Assembly: GCA_017415485.1 (NCBI GenBank)
Contig: JAFQGP010000115.1
Coordinates: 8,135 to 72,134, forward strand
DNA: 64,000 bases
Direction of reading: 5' to 3'
DNA from: Clostridia bacterium
Lineage (GTDB): Bacteria; Bacillota; Clostridia; Oscillospirales; CAG-272
The notes under the pieces were generated by a model. That model saw only the letters and a program-made list of their open reading frames with translations, searched no databases and was not told the DNA's origin. Below are positions 35,353 through 43,608 of this stretch, one piece after another. Each line of letters starts with the position of its first letter. Within the stretch, counting starts at the first letter, position 1. The position numbers and the translations under genes are program-made.

Positions 35353-36867
35353 ATGAAACTCAATTACAAACGCACTTTATTTGTCGGATTCGCATTTTTC
35401 CTCATTTGCGCCTTCTGGCAGGCTTATGACACCATCGTTCCCAAGATCCTGACCGACCGCTTCGGTATGTCGCAGTTCTGGTCGGGCGCAATTATGGCTA
35501 TCGACAACATTCTCGCGCTCTTCCTTCTTCCCCTCTTCGGCATCCTTTCGGATAAGACAAAATCCAAGCTCGGACGCCGCACACCCTTCATCATCTTCGG
35601 CACTCTGATCGCGGCGACTGCGCTCATTTCGCTTTCCTTCGTCGATTCAATGCAGCTTGACCGCCTCGGTAACATTGCCGACATCAACTCCGAGGAAGCA
35701 CGCGCAGTCCTTTATGATTATGACTACGGCTCGCCCCTCGCGACTCCCGACGGCGTTGAATACACCCTCTCGGACGAATTCTCCCGCGAGGAGTTCCTCA
35801 CTCTCTCGCCCACGCTTGAAAACGGCAAGGCAAACCCCGATTACACCAATTTCGTCGTTCCCGCGCGCTCGGCTTATATCGCACGCGAGATCGTCGGCAA
35901 GGATCCTTCCGCGCTGATAACCTTCATCGCCGTGCTCTTTGTGTTGCTCCTTTCAATGGCGACCTTCCGCACTCCCGCCGTCGCGCTGATGCCCGACGTT
36001 ACGCCGCGCCCCTTGCGTTCCAAGGCTAACGCCGTCATCAATCTGATGGGCACCATTGGCGGAAGCCTTATCCTCGGACTCGGTATGATTCTTGCCACGG
36101 GCTCGACCAAGAACACGTATATGCCCTACACAGGCTATTTCTGCATCGTTGCGGGAATTATGCTTGTCAGCCTTGTGATCTTCCTTTCAACCGTCCGCGA
36201 GCGCAAATTCGTTGCGGAAATGGAAGAGATCAGCCGTAAAAACGCTATCCAAGAGGGCAACGACGAGGACGATGCATCCGGCAGCCGCAAGCTTTCGGGC
36301 GCGGAAAGGCTCTCGCTCATCCTCCTGCTTGCATCCGTTGTGCTTTGGTTCTTCGGCTACAACGCCGTAACGAGCAAATACTCGGTCTATGCGGGACGCG
36401 TTCTTCAGCTTGACTACAACTCCACCCTCCTCGTTGCAAACATTGCCGCCCTCATCGCATATCTCCCCGTCGGCTTCATTGCCACCAAGTTCGGCAGAAA
36501 GAAGACGATCCTCGCGGGCGTTATTATGCTCTCGGGCGCGTTCCTCACCGCATCCTTCCTTGACGCGGGAACTCCCCTGCCCGTTATGATGATCCTCTTC
36601 GCCATCGCGGGTATCGGATGGGCAACCATCAACGTCAACTCCTTCCCCATGGTCGTCGAGCTTGCACGCGGCGGTAACGTCGGCAAGTACACCGGCTTCT
36701 ACTACACCGCAAGTATGGCGGCACAGACCCTCACCCCCGTCGTTTCGGGTTATCTTATGGACTCCTTCGGACTCAAGATTCTCTTCCCCTACGCCGCTAT
36801 CTTCGCAGCAGGCGCGTTCATCACAATGCTCTTCGTCCGTCACGGCGACTCCAAACCCACGAAATGA
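35353..36867 (+). CDS. MFS transporter (glycoside/cation-symporter-like)
   Basis: 504 aa, about 12 TM segments, with a long extracytoplasmic or central loop. Confidence 0.75.
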   Translation: MKLNYKRTLFVGFAFFLICAFWQAYDTIVPKILTDRFGMSQFWSGAIMAIDNILALFLLPLFGILSDKTKSKLGRRTPFIIFGTLIAATALISLSFVDSMQLDRLGNIADINSEEARAVLYDYDYGSPLATPDGVEYTLSDEFSREEFLTLSPTLENGKANPDYTNFVVPARSAYIAREIVGKDPSALITFIAVLFVLLLSMATFRTPAVALMPDVTPRPLRSKANAVINLMGTIGGSLILGLGMILATGSTKNTYMPYTGYFCIVAGIMLVSLVIFLSTVRERKFVAEMEEISRKNAIQEGNDEDDASGSRKLSGAERLSLILLLASVVLWFFGYNAVTSKYSVYAGRVLQLDYNSTLLVANIAALIAYLPVGFIATKFGRKKTILAGVIMLSGAFLTASFLDAGTPLPVMMILFAIAGIGWATINVNSFPMVVELARGGNVGKYTGFYYTASMAAQTLTPVVSGYLMDSFGLKILFPYAAIFAAGAFITMLFVRHGDSKPTK

Positions 36868-36878
36868 GGTAAATTCAA

Positions 36879-37691
36879 ATGACGATCGTTTATATCCTTC
36901 TCGCTCTCATCGCGCTTTCCGCGCTCTACGTTTTCCTTCTCCGTCCCCGTCCCCAGCCCAAGACCTCGGTTGAGCCCCTCAAGGTGGACTATGCCCACCG
37001 CGGACTCCACGGCGACTTTGCCGTTGAAAACACCATGCAGGCTTTCTACGCCGCCGAGCGCGAGGGCTACGGCATCGAGCTTGATGTTCGACTCTCCAAG
37101 GACAACCAAGTTGTCGTTTTCCACGATGACACTCTCCAGCGTATGTGCGACCGCACCGAGCGCGTTGATTCAAAGACAGCTTCCGAGCTTTCTTGGATGG
37201 AGATCAAGGGTACCTACGAGAGAATTCCCCTTTTCGAGGACGTCCTTGCGGGAATCGACCCCACAACACCCCTCTGCATCGAGCTTAAAGGCAACGATCC
37301 CCGCCTTTGCGTTGAGCTTTCAAAGCTCCTTGACAAGGAAGACAGATTCTATTCGGTCAAATCCTTCAACCCGATGCTCATCTCCTGGTATCGCAAAAAC
37401 CGCCCGAGAGTTGTGCGCGGCGTGCTCGTTTCGAACTTCCTCGCGAAGGGACACAAGGGCAACATTTTCACCCGCTTCATCGCAACCACAATGGTACTCA
37501 ACTGCATCGCACAGCCCGACTACATCTCCTATGACTGCCGCCACCCGAAGCTCTTGCCCCTTGTGATCTGCAAGAAGCTTTATAACGTCCTGACATTCAC
37601 CTGGACAGTAAACACCCCCGAGCTTTACGGCGAGGCAAAGGCAAAGGGCGACATCCCGGTTTTTGAAGGCTTCGAGCCCAAGAGATATTGA
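36879..37691 (+). CDS. Membrane-anchored glycerophosphodiester phosphodiesterase
   Basis: N-terminal TM segment. GDPD motifs HRGLHG..ENT, GIELDVRLSKDNQVVVFHD. Confidence 0.8.
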   Translation: MTIVYILLALIALSALYVFLLRPRPQPKTSVEPLKVDYAHRGLHGDFAVENTMQAFYAAEREGYGIELDVRLSKDNQVVVFHDDTLQRMCDRTERVDSKTASELSWMEIKGTYERIPLFEDVLAGIDPTTPLCIELKGNDPRLCVELSKLLDKEDRFYSVKSFNPMLISWYRKNRPRVVRGVLVSNFLAKGHKGNIFTRFIATTMVLNCIAQPDYISYDCRHPKLLPLVICKKLYNVLTFTWTVNTPELYGEAKAKGDIPVFEGFEPKRY

Positions 37692-37692
37692 T

Positions 37693-38532
37693 ATGAGAGA
37701 TAATTACGACATTTTGAAGACCGAGGGCAGAAACCCTCGCACAATGGACATTGATAAGCTTTCCTCACTCGAAATGGTGCGCCTGATAAATCAGGAGAAC
37801 CGAGCCGTTGAGGACGGCATCGATGAGGCACTCCCCGAGATTGCGGCGGCTATTGATATGATAAGCGAAGCCATCGAGGCGGGGGGCCACGTCATTTATA
37901 TCGGCTGCGGCACTTCGGGCAGACTCGGCATCGTCGATGCCTCCGAATGCCCGCCCACCTTTGGCGTTGATTATGATCTTTTCCGCGGCGTTATCGCGGG
38001 CGGCAAGGAAGCCGTTTTCCGCGCGACCGAGAACGCCGAGGACAGCGAGGAAAAGGGTATGGCCGCCATCGAAGCCGACGGCGCGGCCAGAGGCGACGTT
38101 GTAGTCGGACTTTCCGCGTCGGGACGCGCGCCCTTCGTCATCGGCGCACTCAAAAAGGCAAAAGAACTCGGCTGCAAGACGATCTCCGTAACCTGCAACC
38201 CCGGCTCGCTTATGGAAAACTGCGCTGATATTGCCGTTTCGGTTTACGTCGGCCCCGAGGTAATTTCGGGCTCCACAAGACTCAAAGCCGGCACGGCACA
38301 GAAACTGATACTTAATATGTTCTCCACCTGCGCGATGATAAAGACGGGCAAAGTGCGCTCGAACCTCATGGTAAACGTCCGCCCGACCAACGAAAAGCTC
38401 GTTGAACGCGCGACACGCATCATTATGCAACTTTCCGACGCCGACAGAGAGACCGCCGAAAGACTGCTTGCGGAGTACGGCGAGGTGCCCGCGGCGCTGG
38501 ATGCGTATGAAAGTGCAAAAGGCAAAATGTAA
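37693..38532 (+). CDS. murQ: N-acetylmuramic acid 6-phosphate etherase
   Basis: Start at MRDNYDILKTEGRNPRTMDID. SIS domain GCGTSGRLG. The ATG lies 2 nt after the upstream stop. Confidence 0.9.
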   Translation: MRDNYDILKTEGRNPRTMDIDKLSSLEMVRLINQENRAVEDGIDEALPEIAAAIDMISEAIEAGGHVIYIGCGTSGRLGIVDASECPPTFGVDYDLFRGVIAGGKEAVFRATENAEDSEEKGMAAIEADGAARGDVVVGLSASGRAPFVIGALKKAKELGCKTISVTCNPGSLMENCADIAVSVYVGPEVISGSTRLKAGTAQKLILNMFSTCAMIKTGKVRSNLMVNVRPTNEKLVERATRIIMQLSDADRETAERLLAEYGEVPAALDAYESAKGKM

Positions 38533-38844
38533 AATGCAAAATGTAGGTGAATTTTCTCGCTTCGCTCAAAAATTTTCATTTGAATACAAGCAGCTTAAAG
38601 TTTTGATCGAACTTTTTCAAAAGTTCGCAGAGCTCGAGACAGCGTCTCGATTCAATGCAAAAGCTTCAGCTTTTGCCTCCGTGCTTCAAAATGGCGAAGC
38701 TTCGCTTCGACATTTTGGACAGAGTCAATACTTCCCGATTGTAGGGAAGTGCAGCTCTTGCGGTTTTCCGAAGGAAAATGGAGGCGTAAGCCGAGAAGCA
38801 AGAGTTGCAACTTGCCGTAGGCAAGTATTTGCGCTCTGTCACCC
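38521..38844. repeat. Structured repeat H2 (left module, copy A)
   Basis: It begins with (C/T)AAAATG x3 across the murQ stop. Positions 38549-38844 are homologous to 42879-43101, and the module ends GCGCTCTGTCACCC. It carries extra hairpins inserted at 38755-38830. Confidence 0.85.
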
Positions 38845-38904
38845 TTTGCTGAATAAAATTATTTAGCAAATTGGCTTTACATCTCTCTATTTTGGAGAAT
38901 CCCT

Positions 38905-39114
38905 ATGAAAAAGAACCTTATCTGGAACATTATCTTAATAATCGGCATCATCCCTTTCATACTTCCGTTCGCTTTCGGCATATACAAAATTTCGATCGAA
39001 AGCTGGACGATGTTCGATTGGCTCGTTATGTACTCGTACATTTTTTGGCCCACTTATATCGTCGGCGCGGTAGTTATCGCGATTTCGATCATTGGAAGAT
39101 TCATAAAAAAGTGA
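38905..39114 (+). CDS. Small hydrophobic membrane protein (69 aa), the AT-rich cargo of element copy A
   Basis: MKKNLIWNIILIIGIIPFILPFAF..., with 2-3 TM segments. AT-rich codon usage unlike its neighbours. The stop lies inside the first hairpin of H3. Confidence 0.5.
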   Translation: MKKNLIWNIILIIGIIPFILPFAFGIYKISIESWTMFDWLVMYSYIFWPTYIVGAVVIAISIIGRFIKK

Positions 39115-39275
39115 AGGAGCAAAACCTCCCCGCGGGGAGGTTTTACTCCTTCCAAACAGCCTGCGGGGCGCAGTCTGTTTGAAGCGCAAGGGAATTTCGC
39201 CCTCTGCGGAGGGCGACTTAAGGCTCTGCCTTAAGAAACCGCAACCTTTTGAAAAAGGTTGACCAAAACTTTGAT
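39111..39275. repeat. Structured repeat H3 (right module, copy A)
   Basis: GTGAAGGAGCAAAACCTCCCCGCGGGGAGGTTTTACTCCTTC... contains five hairpins and is homologous to 44837-45001 with compensatory stem changes. Confidence 0.9.
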
Positions 39276-39295
39276 CTTTTTTGTTAGTTGGTAAA

Positions 39296-40630
39296 ATGAA
39301 AACACAATTTCAAGCTAAAATTGAAGAGATAACCGCCTCCGCGATCCCGATGCATATGCCGGGGCATAAGCGCAACACAGCGCTGCTCGGCGACGATCTT
39401 CCCTACTCCGTTGACCTCACCGAGATCGACGGCGCGGACGATCTGCACGATCCCGAGGAAGGCGGCATTATCGGCTCGCTCTGCGAAAGATTTGCCTCGC
39501 TTTACGGCGCAAGATCGGCGCATCCCCTCGTGAACGGCTCGACCTGCGGCATCCTTGCGGGCATCCGAACGCTGACCAAGCCGAACGATTCCGTCATCGT
39601 CGCGCGCAACTGCCACAAATCGGTCTGGCACGCGATCGAGATCTGTCGCCTCAATCCCACCTGCATCCTCCCGCCCATCACCCCGGAGCACGGCATCTGC
39701 GGCGCGATCACGGCTGAGGCAGTCGAAGACGCATTTGTGCTCTCGGGCGGCGCGACTTGCGTGATCCTCACCTCGCCTACATACGAGGGCGTGATCTCGG
39801 ATATCGACGCGATTGCGGAAGTATGCAAAAAGTACAATGCCGCGCTCTTCGTCGATGCCGCTCACGGCGCACACCTCGGATTTTCGAAACACTTCCCCGA
39901 CTTCCCGCGAGGCGCAGATATCGCCGTGACAAGTCTGCACAAGACCCTCCCCGCGCTGACGCAGACCGCGCTCGGACTCGTTTTCAACGATAAATATTCC
40001 TCCGCCTACGCGCGCAATCTCGGCATCTTCGAAACGAGCAGTCCTTCCTATATATTAATGAACTCGATCGCAAAATGCGCCGATATCCTTTCGGACTGCC
40101 GCGAGATGTTCGATAATTACCGCGCGATGCTCGATGACTTTTACGCCTCGACAAAACCGCAAATGCTCTCGCTCATCAAAACCGATGACATCGGCAAGAT
40201 TTCGATCTCAACGAGAAATACGACCTTCACCGGCAGCTCTATCGCAGATGCTTTGCGTAACAGATTCCGCATCGAGCCTGAAATGGTGCATTCGGATTAT
40301 CTCCTCTGCATGACCTCGATCTGCGACACCTCGGAGAATCTTTTCGCCCTCTCTCGCGCGATCATGGAGCTTGACGGGGAGGCTGAATGTTCGGAAGGCA
40401 GAACTTATCCCTCCTTCATCACCGAGCTGCCGCCCGTAGAGATCCCGCTTACCGACGCGGTCTGGCTCGATCTTCCCGACGGCGGCGAGGTCTCAAACGC
40501 CTACGTTTGGGTCTATCCCCCCGGCGTTCCCCTGCTTCTGCCCGGCGAAAGAGTCACCGAGGAAATAAAAAATCACCTCGAAATGCTGAAAAATTCGGGG
40601 ATTTCGCCAAAAATCATCAAAACCTCTTGA
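39296..40630 (+). CDS. PLP-dependent Orn/Lys/Arg decarboxylase-family protein
   Basis: Start at MKTQFQ (ATG 39296). IPMHMPGHKR is the family hallmark, and SLHKTLP provides the PLP lysine. Confidence 0.8.
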   Translation: MKTQFQAKIEEITASAIPMHMPGHKRNTALLGDDLPYSVDLTEIDGADDLHDPEEGGIIGSLCERFASLYGARSAHPLVNGSTCGILAGIRTLTKPNDSVIVARNCHKSVWHAIEICRLNPTCILPPITPEHGICGAITAEAVEDAFVLSGGATCVILTSPTYEGVISDIDAIAEVCKKYNAALFVDAAHGAHLGFSKHFPDFPRGADIAVTSLHKTLPALTQTALGLVFNDKYSSAYARNLGIFETSSPSYILMNSIAKCADILSDCREMFDNYRAMLDDFYASTKPQMLSLIKTDDIGKISISTRNTTFTGSSIADALRNRFRIEPEMVHSDYLLCMTSICDTSENLFALSRAIMELDGEAECSEGRTYPSFITELPPVEIPLTDAVWLDLPDGGEVSNAYVWVYPPGVPLLLPGERVTEEIKNHLEMLKNSGISPKIIKTS

Positions 40631-40695
40631 CAAATGCGCCAAAATCATTTATACTATATAGTGCATATTTAATAATCGAAAGGTGGAATTTTATT

Positions 40696-40842
40696 ATGAA
40701 GAGAATTCGTACTATCAATACTCGTGACCTCAAGGCTTCCGTTAAGAACGGCGGATGCGGCGAGTGCCAGACCTCCTGCCAGTCCGCTTGCAAGACCTCT
40801 TGCGGTGTTGCTAACCAGGCTTGCGAGAAAAAGGCAAAGTAA
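40696..40842 (+). CDS. scfA: SCIFF (six-cysteines-in-forty-five) ranthipeptide precursor
   Basis: 48 aa: MKRIRTINTRDLKASVKNGGCGECQTSCQSACKTSCGVANQACEKKAK. AGGTGG RBS. It was embedded in a longer track ORF. Confidence 0.92.
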   Translation: MKRIRTINTRDLKASVKNGGCGECQTSCQSACKTSCGVANQACEKKAK

Positions 40843-40844
40843 GT

Positions 40845-40879
40845 AAAATAAGCCGCCGCAAATAGCGGCGGCTTATTTT
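40845..40879 (+). terminator. Terminator/attenuator hairpin immediately after scfA
   Basis: AAAATAAGCCGCCG-caaata-GCGGCGGCTTATTTT. Confidence 0.75.
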
Positions 40880-40880
40880 G

Positions 40881-41090
40881 CGATATAGATCCTTGCGGAT
40901 CTGTGATATACGCAGAGCGTGCGATATACCTTCGGCACGATATGCCCCTTCGGGGCGTGATTTCACGTTCGCCTTCGGCGAACATATCGTATCGCGCTTT
41001 GCACGATATATCGTACTGTTTGCCAAAGGCAAACAGTATATCGTATGAGCATAGCGAATATATCGTGTTTACTAAATAAACGAGGTTAAC
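40881..41090. repeat. Hairpin-train element H4 (word CGATAT / ATATCG, overall palindromic)
   Basis: About 9 GC hairpins (gatccttgcggatc, gccccttcggggc, gttcgccttcggcgaac, actgtttgccaaaggcaaacagt ...). The spacer is (G)CGATAT(A) in the left half and ATATCGT in the right half. The centre is cgtgatttcacg. Confidence 0.85.
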
Positions 41091-41092
41091 CG

Positions 41093-41464
41093 ATGAATAA
41101 TATCACTATACGCGAATTAGCAGTAGAATTGACCGTTGAAATTACGCAAATATGCGATAATATCAAAGGAAGAAGCGTTTTCATAAATCAAATTTTGAGA
41201 TCCTGTTCTTCCATCGGAGCAAATTCCGCAGAAGCCAAATATGCACAAAGTTCCGCAGACTTCATTCACAAATTGGAAATCTCACTCAAAGAATGCTATG
41301 AAACCGATTATTGGCTTGAAATCCTTTATAAAACCAATTCAATGGATAAAGAAACATATATAAGATTGTTAAATAAATGCGGTTCTATTCGCAGAAAGCT
41401 TATTGCCTCCATAACAACGGCAAAAGCAAATTCAGAACAGCAATCCGGAGGTACAACAAAATGA
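41093..41464 (+). CDS. Four-helix-bundle protein (23S rRNA intervening-sequence protein family, PF05635/TIGR02436)
   Basis: 123 aa. Contains ...QILRSCSSIGANSAEAKYAQSSADFIHKLEISLKECYETDYWLEIL. AT-rich. Its stop overlaps the scfB ATG (ATGA). Confidence 0.85.
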   Translation: MNNITIRELAVELTVEITQICDNIKGRSVFINQILRSCSSIGANSAEAKYAQSSADFIHKLEISLKECYETDYWLEILYKTNSMDKETYIRLLNKCGSIRRKLIASITTAKANSEQQSGGTTK

Positions 41465-42843
41465 TCCATTCCTATAAACTTGGCGGTTACAATATCGTCC
41501 TTGACGTCGGCTCGGGCGCGGTGCACGCGGTTGATGATCTTGCCTATGACGTCATAAATCTCTACGAAACCAAGTCGGCAGACGAGATCGTCTCGGTCTG
41601 CCTTGAAAAATTCGCCTCCGAAGGTATCACCGAAGAGGACATCCGCGACACGATCTCCGACGTTGAAGAGCTCAAACAGAGCGGCAAACTTTACGCCGAG
41701 GATATCTATGCGCCCCTCGTCGGCAAGCTCAAGAACAATTCCAACATCGTCAAGGCACTCTGCCTGCACGTCGCGCACACCTGCAACCTCAACTGCGAAT
41801 ACTGCTTCGCGGCACAGGGTCGATTCCACGGCGAACGCGCCCTGATGTCATTTGAGGTCGGCAAGCGCGCGCTTGATTTCCTTGTTGAAAACTCGGGAAC
41901 CCGCCACAATCTTGAAGTCGACTTCTTCGGCGGCGAGCCGCTGATGAACTGGCAGGTCGTCAAGGATCTCGTTGCCTACGCGCGCTCGATCGAGGAAGCC
42001 GCAGGCAAGCATTTCCGCTTCACGCTGACGACAAACGGCGTGCTGATCGACGACGACGTCATTGATTTTGCCAACAAAGAGATGGACAACGTCGTTCTCT
42101 CGCTCGACGGCAGACGCCACGTGCACGACAACCTCCGCAAAACTGTGAACGGTCAGGGCAGCTATGACCTGATCCTTCCGAAGTTCAAGGAATTCGTCAC
42201 CCGCCGCGGCGACAAGGGCTACTATATGCGCGGTACATACACCAAGTTCAACACCGATTTCTGCTCCGACATCATCCACATGGCTGACGAAGGCTTTACC
42301 GAGCTTTCGATGGAGCCCGTAGTCTGCCCTCCCGGCGACCCCTACGCACTCGGCGACGAGGATCTGCCCGTGCTTTACGATCAGTATGAAAAGCTCGCCT
42401 TTGAGATGATGGACCGCAAGAAGCGCGGCAAGCCGATCACCTTCTATCACTATATGCTCGACCTTGAGGGCGGCCCCTGCATCTACAAGAGAATTTCCGG
42501 CTGCGGCTCGGGCACCGAGTATATGGCTGTCACCCCTTGGGGCGACCTTTACCCCTGCCATCAGTTCGTCGGCGACGAAAAATACCTCCTCGGCGACATC
42601 TGGAAGGGCGTAACGAACGACGCCATCCGCGACGAATTCCGCTCCTGCTCGGCATATTCGAGAGAGGAATGCCGCGACTGCTGGGCCAGACTCTACTGCT
42701 CCGGCGGCTGCGCCGCGAACTCCTACCACGCAACCGGAAGCGTAAACGGCGTTTATGAGTACGGATGTAAGCTGTTCAAGAAACGAATCGAGTGCGCGAT
42801 CATGCTGAAGGTCGCGGAATCCCTCGAAAACGAAGAAGAATAA
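41461..42843 (+). CDS. scfB: SCIFF radical SAM/SPASM maturase
   Basis: Start at MIHSYKLGGYNIVLDVGSGAVHAVDD. CNLNCEYC radical-SAM motif and a Cys-rich SPASM C-terminus (CRDCWARLYCSGGCAANS). Confidence 0.92.
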   Translation: MIHSYKLGGYNIVLDVGSGAVHAVDDLAYDVINLYETKSADEIVSVCLEKFASEGITEEDIRDTISDVEELKQSGKLYAEDIYAPLVGKLKNNSNIVKALCLHVAHTCNLNCEYCFAAQGRFHGERALMSFEVGKRALDFLVENSGTRHNLEVDFFGGEPLMNWQVVKDLVAYARSIEEAAGKHFRFTLTTNGVLIDDDVIDFANKEMDNVVLSLDGRRHVHDNLRKTVNGQGSYDLILPKFKEFVTRRGDKGYYMRGTYTKFNTDFCSDIIHMADEGFTELSMEPVVCPPGDPYALGDEDLPVLYDQYEKLAFEMMDRKKRGKPITFYHYMLDLEGGPCIYKRISGCGSGTEYMAVTPWGDLYPCHQFVGDEKYLLGDIWKGVTNDAIRDEFRSCSAYSREECRDCWARLYCSGGCAANSYHATGSVNGVYEYGCKLFKKRIECAIMLKVAESLENEEE

Positions 42844-43101
42844 GTTGCTAGTTGCTAGACGCTAGTTGCTAGTTGAAGGTTAATTTCCGCCCTGATCGGG
42901 CGGAAATTTTCATTCTAATTAAAGAGCAGGAAAGTTTTCGTCCACCTTTTTCAAAAGGTGGCGGAGCACGAGGCAGAGCCTCGGACTAATGCGAAAGCTT
43001 CAGCTTTCGCTTCTGCGCTTCAAAATGACGAAGCTCTGCTTCGGCATTTTGGACAGAGTCAACACTTCCCGAATGTAGGGAAGTGTTGCGCTCTGTCACC
43101 C
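42844..43101. repeat. Structured repeat H5 (left module, copy B)
   Basis: It begins with GTTGCTA-type heptamers x5 directly after the scfB stop, continues with sequence homologous to 38549-38844, and ends GCGCTCTGTCACCC. Confidence 0.9.
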
Positions 43102-43121
43102 CTTATTATTTAATATTCAAA

Positions 43122-43164
43122 GGCACACTTTTCGGTAAAAGCCGATTGGTGTGCCAACTTTTTT
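43122..43164 (+). terminator. Rho-independent terminator (plus-strand T-tail)
   Basis: GGCACAC...GTGTGCC followed by TTTTTT. Confidence 0.65.
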
Positions 43165-43489
43165 ATTCAAGTGAATTCAGATATACTTCAAGCAGTTGCT
43201 TAGCAGTTTCGCGATTCTTCTCAGGGAGTAAATCAACTCGTTCGGCAAGTGTTGCGCCGATTGGCACAATTATCTGATCTTCAACAAAAATATCGTTCGG
43301 AGTAATGCCCAACGCCTCGCATATTCTAAGCACACTCTCGATGCGCATATTAACGCTTCCTCTTTCGATATCAGCGTAAGTGCGATCAGAAAGTCCCGCC
43401 TCCTCCGCAACCTGTGCCTGCGTAAGCCCTTTTTGTTTTCTTATGGCATACAATTTATTTCCTATTTCCATCAAATCAAAAACAAGCAT
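43163..43489 (-). CDS. Small XRE-family HTH repressor-like protein
   Basis: 108 aa. HTH is LYAIRKQKGLTQAQVAEEAGLSDRTYADIERG. AT-rich. It is divergent from a consensus promoter. Confidence 0.8.
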   Translation of the reverse strand: MLVFDLMEIGNKLYAIRKQKGLTQAQVAEEAGLSDRTYADIERGSVNMRIESVLRICEALGITPNDIFVEDQIIVPIGATLAERVDLLPEKNRETAKQLLEVYLNSLE

Positions 43490-43537
43490 CTTAATTCCCC
43501 TTTTTATTATATATAGGAATTATAGCACCATTTTATC

Positions 43538-43566
43538 TTGACAAAAAGGAGTTTCAGTGCTATAAT
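43538..43566 (+). promoter_or_regulatory. Perfect consensus sigma-70 promoter with a flanking inverted repeat (candidate operator)
   Basis: TTGACA (43538-43543), N17, TATAAT (43561-43566). The inverted repeat TTATAGCAC (43519-43527) / GTGCTATAA (43556-43564) overlaps the -10 element. Confidence 0.7.
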
Positions 43567-43608
43567 ATAGGAAGTAAGATTCTTATTTGTTTTCAAGGAG
43601 GTATTACA

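Noticed and set aside
40387-40695. The upstream part of the 151-aa track ORF that contains scfA.
   Set aside because: It overlaps the 3' end of the decarboxylase gene in another frame and is Arg/Pro-rich nonsense. Only the last 48 codons, preceded by an AGGTGG RBS, match the SCIFF precursor.
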